This document shows positions 52,821 to 63,117 of a stretch of DNA of 64,000 nucleotides, piece by piece (positions within the stretch are counted from its first letter, which is position 1; every line of letters starts with the position of its first letter). Origin of the DNA: Octopus vulgaris (lineage: Eukaryota); the NCBI GenBank assembly GCA_951406725.2, contig OX597832.1, positions 6,882,001-6,946,000 of the forward strand, read 5' to 3'. Position numbers and translations under genes: made by a program. The notes under the pieces are model-generated. The model saw only the letters and a program-made list of their open reading frames with translations, was not told where the DNA came from and made no database searches.

Positions 52821-52916
52821 CCGATAAGTCAAATTTGGAACTCTTATCACGGGAGTAATTTCCAAAATACTTGCTTCTGAGTCACTAGAATCTAGGATAA
52901 TAATACTATTATCCAT
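52821..52916 (-). CDS. ZNF451: ZNF451-like gene, coding exon 1 (MDNSIIILDSSDSEASILEITPVIRVPNLTYR), SIM-like motif
   Basis: caaacATGG start at 52916, 32 open codons, donor CGG|gtatgt (phase 0); IIIL followed by an acidic/Ser tract fits a SUMO-interacting motif; lies in a locally CpG-rich zone. Confidence 0.75.
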
Positions 52917-53390
52917 GTTTGCAAAGAACAGTTTTTCAAATTACGAGGAACCAACGGCGACTGACGGACGATACGCTGACAGGGGAGATAACCCTCGCAG
53001 AAAGAACAACAATACGGTGCTCAACAGCTGATTTTGGCTTTCGGGAATAGAAGAATACTCAGGATTGAGTAAACAGGCGATGTTCTTTTCTTCTTAAGCG
53101 AATTGATGAGCATTAAACATACACTGCTTTAGAAATGTATTAATTTATACTTGTATATGTTAAATATTTACTTTTTATTCTATAACATTATACTGTATAC
53201 GTAGCATATATATATATATATTTATTTATTTGTATTAAAAAAACACACAAATTTCCACACGAAAGCACGTGATCTCTGCCCTTGGCATGTAGTTTCAACC
53301 GTGTTTTTCTGACGTAAATTTGCTACCCAGGTATCGGTTAACCGAATTATCCATACTAAGATAATTCATTCAACTACTTATATATATATA
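52917..53390 (-). promoter_or_regulatory. Probable 5'UTR/promoter of the ZNF451-like gene
   Basis: Directly upstream of the ATG; locally CpG-rich; E-box CACGTG 53266-53271 and CRE-like TGACGTAA 53310-53317. Confidence 0.45.
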
Positions 53391-53653
53391 CGTCCGAAGC
53401 TATGTGTAGCGGCTTCCCTGAACCGGAACTCAGCTCTACATGAAAGCTTCAGTCTTCGTGAAGATGGACAAATCTGGAGATTTGTTAAGACGGGTGAAAC
53501 GTGGAAGAGAGATAACAGCTGGTCTGAGTGCTCACTACCCACAATGACTGTCACTGAAAAAAAAACTAAAAAAACTACAGCAACTCAGGGAAACTAAACC
53601 TGAAAAACCTGCCATCTTCTACACACCATCATAAACTGCAAGCAGGGTACAAA

Positions 53654-54682
53654 TTGTTGTCCTTAAATGCTCGCAGTTTGTGCAACAAAATTCATTTGTT
53701 CAACGCCTACGTCAGAAGTATTGACCCTGACTTCATCACTGTCACGGAAACATGGGCGCATTCCTTACTCTGTGACGGGGTTTTCAGCATTACGGGGTAC
53801 AACCTCTTCCGTAAGGACCGCATTAACCGCCGTGGTGGTGGTGGTGTGATGGTCTACGTTCGTTCAAATTTTTTGGTAATTCCTTGTGCCGATTTGAACG
53901 AATCACAAGAAGAAGTTTTTTTCTGTGACGTACGTATGACCATGTCAACACTCCTGCTTGGCGTTGTTTATCGTCCCCCAAATTACCATCAGGACACACA
54001 GCTTTGCAATATCCTCCGAGCTGCTGCCAGGAAAACAGCCACTTATGTTTTTGTTGCAGGCGATTTCAATCATCCTGAGATCAATTGGGAAACCTTCCAT
54101 TGGCCACAGAGTGCAAACGATTTTGTTGAGCTTGTGCTGGACTCAAACTGGTCACAAGTAGTCACCTCTCCAACAAGAGGCGACAACACCTTAGACCTGC
54201 TCTTCACCACAACTCCTGAAGCGGTTATCAATTGCACTACGGAGGAACCTCTAGGTGACTCTGACCATGCTATGATCATCGCCAATCTGGCTCTTGCGGG
54301 CAACAAAAACCTGAACCATCTCCAATCTGCTTCCTTCGATTGGAAGAGAGCAGATTGGAACCTGTACCACACTGAACTACAGCACCCAAACTGGCATGAT
54401 TTCTACAACTCTGGAGATGTGAATACTATACTCCAGAGTATCCTGGACTCAATATGGGCAGCATGTGCAGCATCAGTGCCACGTAAACAGAAAAAGAAGA
54501 ACCGCCCCAAAAGGGCAATTTGGGAAACTTCAGCGGTCAGACTTGCCAGGAAGGAACGTCGGACTGCTGAACGGGAATACAAGTTGCATAAATCAGACAC
54601 CAACAGGAAGAAGCGGAATAAATCTTCCAACCATCTCAAGCAAGTGACAAAAAAGCAGTGCTTGAATTTGAACAGTGCATAG
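53654..54682 (+). CDS. LINE ORF2 N-terminal part: apurinic-like endonuclease
   Basis: Motifs LNARSL, VTETW, GGGV, VYRPP, GDFN, PTR..TLDL, SDH. Confidence 0.9.
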   Translation: MLSLNARSLCNKIHLFNAYVRSIDPDFITVTETWAHSLLCDGVFSITGYNLFRKDRINRRGGGGVMVYVRSNFLVIPCADLNESQEEVFFCDVRMTMSTLLLGVVYRPPNYHQDTQLCNILRAAARKTATYVFVAGDFNHPEINWETFHWPQSANDFVELVLDSNWSQVVTSPTRGDNTLDLLFTTTPEAVINCTTEEPLGDSDHAMIIANLALAGNKNLNHLQSASFDWKRADWNLYHTELQHPNWHDFYNSGDVNTILQSILDSIWAACAASVPRKQKKKNRPKRAIWETSAVRLARKERRTAEREYKLHKSDTNRKKRNKSSNHLKQVTKKQCLNLNSA

Positions 54683-56421
54683 CAGCCAATCCTGACAACA
54701 AGGTTTTCTGGAAATATGTGCATTCAAAGCAGAGACCTCACTCTCCAGTGGGCCCTCTTCGCAATCCTCACACAAACCAGATCACTGACGACCCCAAGGA
54801 ATGCGCAGAACTCATTGCCGAGTGCTATGCAAACATATTCACTGTTGAAAATCAAAATGTACCATCTTCACCATCTCTAACAGCAAATTCCATAACAACT
54901 ATGGAATTTACACCTGCAATGCTGCGACGTCACCTTCAAAATAAGCGCAACTATGCCTCCCCTGGTCTTGATGGAGTTACATACCTGCTTCTCAAACGTG
55001 GCAGGTACTTCCTTTTACACCAGCTCTCTATTTTCTTCCAGTACTGTCTCAACAATGGTGCTACTCCGGAACAGTGGAAAACTGCCAGTGTCATTCCTCT
55101 GTTCAAAAAGGGCGACCGCACATCACCTGTCAACTATCGCCCAGTCAGTCTCACTAGCTGTATTGCAAAACTGATGGAATCGTGTGTCAGAGAAACACTT
55201 TGGAACTTCTGGAGCTCACACAGTCTCATCCGACCCTCACAATATGGATTTGTCCCTAACTCCAGCTGCAGTGATCAGCTTGTCGAGTTCCTTGAGGACA
55301 TTACTCAGATCTCTGACAGTGGCTCATGGGTGGATGTTGTCTACCTTGACTTTGCTAAGGCTTTCAACTCTGTGCCACACAAAAGGCTTACGGTGAAACT
55401 CTCTGCAATGGGTGTGAGGGATGACCTTTTTAACTGGTTGAAATCCTTCATTCTCAACCGAAAGGAGGTAGTCACAGTTCTAGGACAGCATTCTACACCA
55501 TATGAGATGTCATCGGGTGTACCACAGGGATCTGTCCTTGGTCCCCTCTTGTTTGTGGCATACATTAATGACATAGATGCAAATTTAAAGAATGCCACAG
55601 TATTAAAATATGCAGACGACATCAAGCTGTACCTTGAAATCAAGAGGACAGATCCTGTTGTCTACAGCTCTTTCCTGCAATCAGACCTGGACACAATGCA
55701 GCAATGGATCACAGACTGGCAACTGAAACTGGCTGTGGACAAGTGTACCACCATGCATTTTGGGAGAAAAAACCCTGCGTCCACATACTCCCTCCACAAC
55801 ACTGATATCAAGAAATCCTTATGCGAGCGTGACCTAGGCATCACTGTCAGCAGTGATTTGCGTTGGACAAAGCATATCTCTAAAATTGTCAAGAAGGCCG
55901 AGGGTGTCTTGGCATCACTCAGCAAGACTTTTGTTAGCCACTCTCCAGCCATCTATTTAAAACTGTATACAGCTATGGTACGACCACACTTGGAATTCGC
56001 ATCATCAGTTTGGAACCCCTATCTTGCTCAGAACATTGACCTCCTGGAATCGGTTCAGAGACGTGCAACCAAACGCATACCCTCCATCAGACACCTACCA
56101 TATTCTGAGCACCTTGTTTCCCTGGGCATGGATTCACTGAAGCTCCGGCGTCTGGCGACGGACTTGGTAAACGCCCACAAAGTTGTCAACCACCTCACCA
56201 ATAACAACACTGAACACCTTTTTGATCTCCATGTGTCTAACACACGTGGACATGCCTACAAAGTCAGAAAACAACACAGCTCCCATGACTTTCGGAAACA
56301 TTTCTTCACGCTCAGAGTTGCTGAAGCATGGAATAAACTGCCTGCATCAGTTGTTGACTGCCATGACACTGCATCCTTTAAGGCCCTCATGCTTTCCGAA
56401 ATCCGTCGAAACTACACCTGA
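54658..56421 (+). CDS. LINE ORF2 C-terminal part: reverse transcriptase (-1 frame relative to APE)
   Basis: Motifs PGLDG, NYRPVSLTS, QYGF, YLDFAKAF, GVPQGSVLGP, YADD, ERDLG, TRGH (CR1 type). Confidence 0.93.
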   Translation: MLEFEQCIAANPDNKVFWKYVHSKQRPHSPVGPLRNPHTNQITDDPKECAELIAECYANIFTVENQNVPSSPSLTANSITTMEFTPAMLRRHLQNKRNYASPGLDGVTYLLLKRGRYFLLHQLSIFFQYCLNNGATPEQWKTASVIPLFKKGDRTSPVNYRPVSLTSCIAKLMESCVRETLWNFWSSHSLIRPSQYGFVPNSSCSDQLVEFLEDITQISDSGSWVDVVYLDFAKAFNSVPHKRLTVKLSAMGVRDDLFNWLKSFILNRKEVVTVLGQHSTPYEMSSGVPQGSVLGPLLFVAYINDIDANLKNATVLKYADDIKLYLEIKRTDPVVYSSFLQSDLDTMQQWITDWQLKLAVDKCTTMHFGRKNPASTYSLHNTDIKKSLCERDLGITVSSDLRWTKHISKIVKKAEGVLASLSKTFVSHSPAIYLKLYTAMVRPHLEFASSVWNPYLAQNIDLLESVQRRATKRIPSIRHLPYSEHLVSLGMDSLKLRRLATDLVNAHKVVNHLTNNNTEHLFDLHVSNTRGHAYKVRKQHSSHDFRKHFFTLRVAEAWNKLPASVVDCHDTASFKALMLSEIRRNYT

Positions 56422-56539
56422 TTATATATGCACTTTAGATGAGTTGTAGTGCACCTGAGCACTGTACACAATGTTTATTATTATTATATATACGTATATA
56501 TATTTTAACTGGCTTCCGTCATTAGGCTGTTCGAAATAA

Positions 56540-56690
56540 TTTTTCTACTCTAGGTATAAGGCCCGAAATTTTGGGGGAGGGGGCCAGTCGATTAGATCGA
56601 CCCTGTACGCAACTGGCAATTAACTGGAGTTGATCTAATCGACTGGGCCCCCTCCCCAAAAATCGGGTCTTGTGCCTAGACTAGAAAAGA
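56540..56690. repeat. Two SINE tail fragments in inverted orientation (hairpin)
   Basis: TTTTGGGGGAGGGGGCCAGTCGATTAGATC vs GATCTAATCGACTGGGCCCCCTCCCCAAAA. Confidence 0.7.
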
Positions 56691-56810
56691 ATTTTGTTAA
56701 GGCGAAAGTCCGAAATACATTCCTTTATTTTTCGAACAAATCACAAGTTTCATATCCCCTGCGTCACAATAGATATGAATCTATCCGTTGCAGAAGCATC
56801 GCTAATACGT

Positions 56811-57025
56811 TGGATCTTTTCCTTTTGATGGACGGAATTCAACACAATTTCTAGTTAACTAAACAATTTGAAACTCCGTATACTGGTAGAATGTGTCAAA
56901 AGAAAACATTATTTTCACTTGGCTTTTTTTGAGAAAATTGTAATTTGTAAGTTTAACGTAGTTTAATTCTTCGAATTTTAACCAATGAATTGCCAGCATT
57001 TGAGCTCAAATCATTTGCTGCGTTA
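56811..57025 (+). mobile_element. Solo arm of the 17673-type foldback MITE
   Basis: GGATCTTTTCCTTTTG...TTCTAGTTAACTAAAC...ATACTGGTAGAATGTG...CATTTGCTGCGT. Confidence 0.7.
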
Positions 57026-57589
57026 TCGATATTGATAAACAAACGAGGAGACGCACGCTGCATACACACACACACACATATATTCAGATACATACACACA
57101 CACTCTGTCACACTCTCAAACACATGCATATACATTTGCACAAGCACATAGTAATTAATATATAAGCGTACACACACATACAAACGGAGATATACAAACA
57201 CACACAAGCATACATACACGTTCGTGAGTTCGCACTGGTATCGATAGAATCGACTTAATACTTTTGTATCTCATGCTTTGTCCCCTCTGTGTTTTGCCCC
57301 TTGCCGGAACAAATTTACACAAAAGGTAAATAAACCAGAAATGGGGTGGGGTCAATGTTTCATTGTTTCGGGGTCGATAAATTAAGTACCAATTACGCAC
57401 TGGTGTCGAGGATTTTTTTCTGAATTTATATCACAGCCTCTGACAAGCTGGGGCATCCTTTTATGAAAAAATATTTTGCAAATTTTTACAATACGACCCA
57501 CACTCCACGCGCACCCTCATATCCCACTCTAGACCGATTTAGGTATATTATTGTTTTGTTTTGGGGAGAAGCCTTTTCGGTAAAAAAAG

Positions 57590-58038
57590 GCTGAACGCCT
57601 TACTTCCCTGGGCATGGATACATTGAAACTCCAACGTCTGGCAGCTGACATGGCAGACACCCATAAAATTATTAACCATCTTACAAACAATAACTCTGAG
57701 CACCTTTTCAAACACCACCTGTCTAACACCCATGGACATGTTTACAAAGTCAGAAAACAGCACAGCTCCCATGACTTTTGGAAACATTTTTTCATGCTAA
57801 GCGTTGCTGAAGTATGGAACAAACTGCCGGCATCAGTTATTAGTTGTCCTTCAAAACTTCCATGCTTCCTGAGTTTCGCCAACACTACACCTGATTTTCT
57901 CCCCTCCATACACATCCAAGCATGTAGCTGGCGCATACACTGTTCACTTCCCAGACATTTGTACATTACTGCATATGCTTTATACACACTTTTGACAAGT
58001 TGTGGTGCGCCTGAGCACTGTATACAATAATTTCATTA
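57590..58038 (+). mobile_element. CR1 LINE 3' fragment
   Basis: MDTLKLQRLAAD...KVRKQHSSHDFWKHFF; same long 3'UTR as the 19425 copy. Confidence 0.9.
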
Positions 58039-58093
58039 ACATAAAGTATATTGAATGCTTTATAAGTCAATACTGTGTCCTACTGAGTTAGCA

Positions 58094-58468
58094 GTGCTAT
58101 TAAATCACATGTTAAGGTCATCTCTACAGATTCTCTATAGAAATTATAAGCCAGCACTGATTTGTTATGATGTTTCATATCTGAAGATGTCTAATGTAAA
58201 CAACAATGCAATCGAAGATGGCAAAATGGGTAATGGGTGCATATGCAAATTTCAGGATTTCATATGCAAATGTGTTCATGGATGGTTAATGGATTGGAAG
58301 TGGTGTTGGAGAAGGAGCAAGAACTCCTGAAATATGCATACACACCCATTACCTATTTTACCATCATCGATTGCATTGTTGTTTACATTAGACATCTTCT
58401 GATAAGAAACTTCATTAAAAAATCAGTGGTGGCTATAATTCCTATTGAACATCTGCAGAGATAACCTT
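58094..58468. repeat. Long inverted repeat (about 165 bp arms)
   Basis: GAAGATGTCTAATGTAAACAACAATGCAATCGA mirrored exactly at about 58367-58399. Confidence 0.85.
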
Positions 58469-59954
58469 AATTTTCTCACTGCTGACATACATGCACTTCG
58501 GAGTGGTTATCTCCCCTTCAGCAACAGAGACCAGAAAGGTAGATGTTATAAACGGACACGACTGACAGGTCTCTCTTATGGTGTTTCTGGCATCGTACCT
58601 TTTTTTAAAACAGAGTCTGTTTGATGTCTATTAATACACATGAAATTCTTAAAATATGGAGGCACATGATTCTGTGGGTTAGGGTGTTGGATTGTAGTTT
58701 TGACTCCTGGATTGGACAACGTGTTGTGTTTTTGAGTAAAATACTTTATTTCACATTGCTCCAATTCACTCAGCTGGCAAAAATGAGTAACCTTGCCACA
58801 GACTGTCATATCCATGGGGGAATATATACACTACAGGAACTGAGAAACAAGCCTTATGAGTCCATAGGACTTGGGAAAGAGCTATATCCTTTATGGACAC
58901 TGGTGCAGTAAGAGGCTTGCTTCCCAACCACTTGATTCTGGGTTCAATCCTACTGCATGGCATATTGCTGAATATTTTTTCTGGTACTGCATATTCAATT
59001 ACTCTTCCACATTACTTACTTTGGCCAGCTCTCACCTGCTCCTTGAAGACAAAGCCATTTTGTCAAGCATCTTGATCCATCATCACCACCTTCAGTAAGT
59101 GGATAAGAATCAAATCCTGTCTTTTTTCCAATTGATCATAAACATCAGATGATATCTCTCGCAGGGGCTGGGATCATGTTATAGGTCCCCAAAGAACAAA
59201 TTTTAATACCTCTTAATGCTGCATGCAATGACCGGACATGTGGAGAAGTCATTCTCAGAGCTTCTTGGTCACTTTTGGAAGGCTTCTATAGAGATGCTCA
59301 TTGTCCACATAACTTAAAGTGTAATTAATTTCTAATTTACATGAATCTTAACCATTTTTTAAAAAGTTTACTCTGTTTCATCTTCTTTGCTCTTATTTTT
59401 GATTCTCTAGTCTTTCTTCCCTCCCTTGAATCTATTTTCATATCTCAGTGTCAGTAAATGGATCTTGTCAAACTTTTTCCTCTTATAATAAAACTGTCAC
59501 AAAAATATAAATAAAAGAGGATGCACGCTGCCTTAGCTGTTTGCAAGGAATATTGGTCTCCTCTCATATAACTTTGAGGCAACCTAAAACATTCATGGTA
59601 TAACTGCAGAACAGAAGGACTGATTTGTCTGAAATTTGACACAAAACAAAATAAACACTAATTTCTAATAAAAAAATTTTCCATTGGGATACTTTTCTAT
59701 GTGGTCTCCAGCCCAAGAGGAAAGAGTGAATCTATCACACCTCCTTTCATCCATGTATATTGTATCATTATTTTATAGCTGCTTTTCCTGCTTGCAAAAG
59801 TTGGATAGATCATCACAAAGACAGTTCTTCTTTGGATTTACTGTTCTTTAATGCAATGCCAAAGTCCATCTTCTCCTCCATTATTGATGTATGATGTCCA
59901 GTGATCTGATCAAACCACATTATCGGGGACAATATTTTCACAAATTATTGGTAC

Positions 59955-60509
59955 TAACCACTAGTCATTGCCTCGGTGAGACCTAATGTTTGAGACCTTT
60001 GGAAGTATGCTGTGCGTGAGAATACCCGGCAGGACAAGTGAGACCATAACCCGTGACCTCTACCTGGGATGTAGCCAGTCCACTTATGCATACCTTTCCT
60101 TCTTGGGACACAAAACTCCACTTGCGAAGACCTGTTGAGGCAAGTGAAATCGAAATCGATCAAAATCAATGGAAATTGTAGTTGTGATACCAGTGCCGGT
60201 GGCACATAAGAGAACCATCCAAATGTGGCCGTTGCCAGCACCAGTCCGACTGACCTCCGTGCCGGTGGCACGTAAAAAGCACCATCCAATCGTGGCCGTT
60301 GCCAGCCTCATCTGGCACCTGTGCCAGTGGCATGTAAAAAGCACCCACTACACTCACGGAGTGGTTGGCGTTAGGAAGGGCATCCAGCCGTAGAAACACT
60401 GCCAGCTCAGACTGGGCCTGATGCAGCCTCCTGGCTTCCCAGACCCCAGTTGAACCATCCAACCCATGCTAGCATGGAAAGCGGACGCTAAATGATGAGG
60501 ATGATGATG
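59955..60509 (+). mobile_element. Young RTE 3'-end insertion with 5' inversion and TSD
   Basis: TSD attggtac 59947-59954 / 60510-60517; (GAT)n tail; first ~35 bp inverted. Confidence 0.85.
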
Positions 60510-62572
60510 ATTGGTACCAAATAATGAATTCCAAAAACACGTCTTTACAGCTCTATAACTATATCAAATATCCATGAATCAACAACTCCCAGATCGTTAC
60601 ACCAATGGTCTCCCCTCTCACTCATTTTGTCTAATTAATGATTCATCTCCAAAAAGCCTCACTACATCTCTGAGCAATTACTGGTCCAGTACCATACACT
60701 ATGAAGTATCTCACTTGAGGAAGCATTGAGTTGGGTCAATTAGTAGAATCATAAAATAACAAAATATTGGTTCAAGGTGAGAACCTTAACTAGTAACCAG
60801 TGTAGTAAAGAGACTAAAGAACTGACTTTTTATTGAACTCTGTTTAGCTACATTTTCAGATGTTACAATTCTGCTTCACGATCCAGTTTTGAATGGAGTT
60901 TCAGATGAAGGGGAATACAGTTATTATATCAGTGAGCATTATTGCTGATCTTGTTTGAATATATCACAAGGCCAGTTCTTGTAAGAAAATATTGGGGTTC
61001 TTTGTGGTTGAAAGTTAAACAAAATAATGGGAACTATGGGTCTGTCATTTTGATAGAAAGCTTGAAATATACCAGGTCTTCCAGCATACAAATCGAATCA
61101 TTCAGACCAAAATTTACAGCCAAAAAGCAACTTATACACCATGACAACATTGGAGGATCAAAAATTCCAAGTGAAATGAAATGGAATTTGGAAAGATAGT
61201 GATGTTGGTATGCTTACACTACATTTATACACACACTTAATACTGTGTCGACTTGTAAGCCAGAAAATATGGTAATATTACATTTGAAAAAAAGACAGAG
61301 AGCTGGCAGAATCTTTATTGCACTGGGCAAAATGCTGCTAAGCATTTTGCCCATTTTTACATTCTGAGTTGAAATTCTACTGAGATCCACTTTGCCTTTC
61401 ATTCTTTCAAGGTTAATAAAATAAGTATCAGTTGAGCTCTAGGGTCAATGTAATTGACTTATTCCCTACCATGAACTTGCTAGACTTGTACCAAAATTTG
61501 AAACCAATTTTACATTTGAAAAAAAGAGAAATTTTATATAATTAGCAACAGCAAAAATACCAATTTGTCAAATACAACAGAATTAGTAAGATCAATATTC
61601 AAGTGAAAGATATGAAATATTATGGGAAAAAAATCTAATCCAAAAGTTAAGGACAATTATTGGCTGAAATTATCATTTCAAACTTTGCCATCAGTGAAAC
61701 TGTCAACTGACATTTTCCTTTTGAACATTTTCTACTCAACTAAATATCTATTATTCTACCTTATGTGAGGGTGGTAATTTGTTGTTCTTTTGGGATAGTG
61801 ATTGGTACATAATCAGTAAACTTAATCATGAATGAAAATACTATTATCAGAGACACTACTTAATGCTGAAATAGGTGTTTCAGAAATTCTCAGACAAAAG
61901 TTTAAAAATCAACTTGTGTGATAAATGATCAAGCTGATTTCTTTGTCCATATCTGGTGATAGACTATACAAAGTTGTTTTACCTACTACTCAGTGATAGG
62001 TAATCATATTTCTATATCTTTTGCTTGCTTAATAACAGTATATGTGGATAAATTGAAATCCTAAATAACCTAAAGTAATTTTCCAGAGTAACTAAATTAC
62101 AGTTAGACAAGTCAAAAGCTTTCATGTGTTGATTCAGTTTGTTAGAAAGAGAAGCCAAATCACCTTCAAGTCACACTGTACCACCTTAAAAAAGAAAGAA
62201 CACATTGAATATGGACTTGAAAAAGTGAAGTAGTCATTACTGGAATCCTTTTGATTGAAGGTCTGCTCAATCAAGGCTCATCTTTTGCTTTCTCAGCTTC
62301 TAAAATGTTGGACATTTTCATCGTTCATCAATGCATTTAACCCTTTCTTAGAACGCAGTGATATATAAAAGTTGTTTATATAAAATATTTCGTTCATGTA
62401 AAAATAATTATCAAATCTCTCACTAACCTTCAAGTACTTTCTTAATTAACTGGTACCTATTTTCAGATGGGTTTAATTATGCCCAGTATCTTCCTCAAGG
62501 AAGCACATACCTAGTAATGAACCTTTAACTCCTTATCCTATGCATTTTTGTTATCAGCTTAATTATCAACAG

Positions 62573-63117
62573 GAAGGCATGTAGCTTAGCGGTTAGAGTA
62601 TTCAGCTCACAACCGTAAATAGTGAGCTTGATTCCTGGCAGCATACTGTGTCCTTGAACAAGACACTCCATTTCACATTGCTCCAGTCCACTCAGCTGTC
62701 AAAAGTGAGTTGTACCTGTATTTGAAAGGGCCAGCTTTGTCACATTCTGTGTTATGCTGAATCTCCCTGAGAACTACATTAAACCTTTAGCATTCAGATT
62801 ATTCTGTCAAATGTAACACTTTTTCATTCAAATTGTTTTTAATTAATCCTGCATTATTTTGCAGCTTTGAAATTTTGATGATGTGACTGTACATTTTATA
62901 ATGGCATTGAAGGGTAGGTATGATAGGCTTGATCCTGGATGGTTAGAACATAAAACAGGAAGTATATTTGGGCCGGATATGGCCGGTTTAAATGCTAAAG
63001 GGTTAAGGGTACATGTGTCTGTCAAATGCTCGGCCACTTGCACATTAATTTCACTAGTAGGCTGTTCTGTTGATTGGATCAATTGGAACCTATGTCACCA
63101 TAACTGATGGAGTGCTA
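62573..63117 (+). mobile_element. tRNA-derived SINE family D (related copy about 58660-58885)
   Basis: TAGCTTAGCGG A-box, GTGTCCTTGAACAAGACAC core, TTCACATTGCTCCA shared between copies. Confidence 0.6.
62779..63006. mobile_element. piggyBac-type MITE inserted in a SINE
   Basis: TTAA-ACCTTTAGCATTC ... GCTAAAGGG-TTAA; the host SINE resumes afterwards. Confidence 0.75.

Larger units (their letters stand above)
53394..56484 (+). mobile_element. CR1-clade LINE, 5'-truncated, nearly intact ORF2
   Basis: Probable ORF1 C-terminal remnant ending QGN*, APE and RT ORFs, 3' hairpin GTGC-ACCTGA-GCAC, (ATT)n tail, candidate TSD tatatatacgt (53383-53393 / 56485-56495). Confidence 0.92.
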
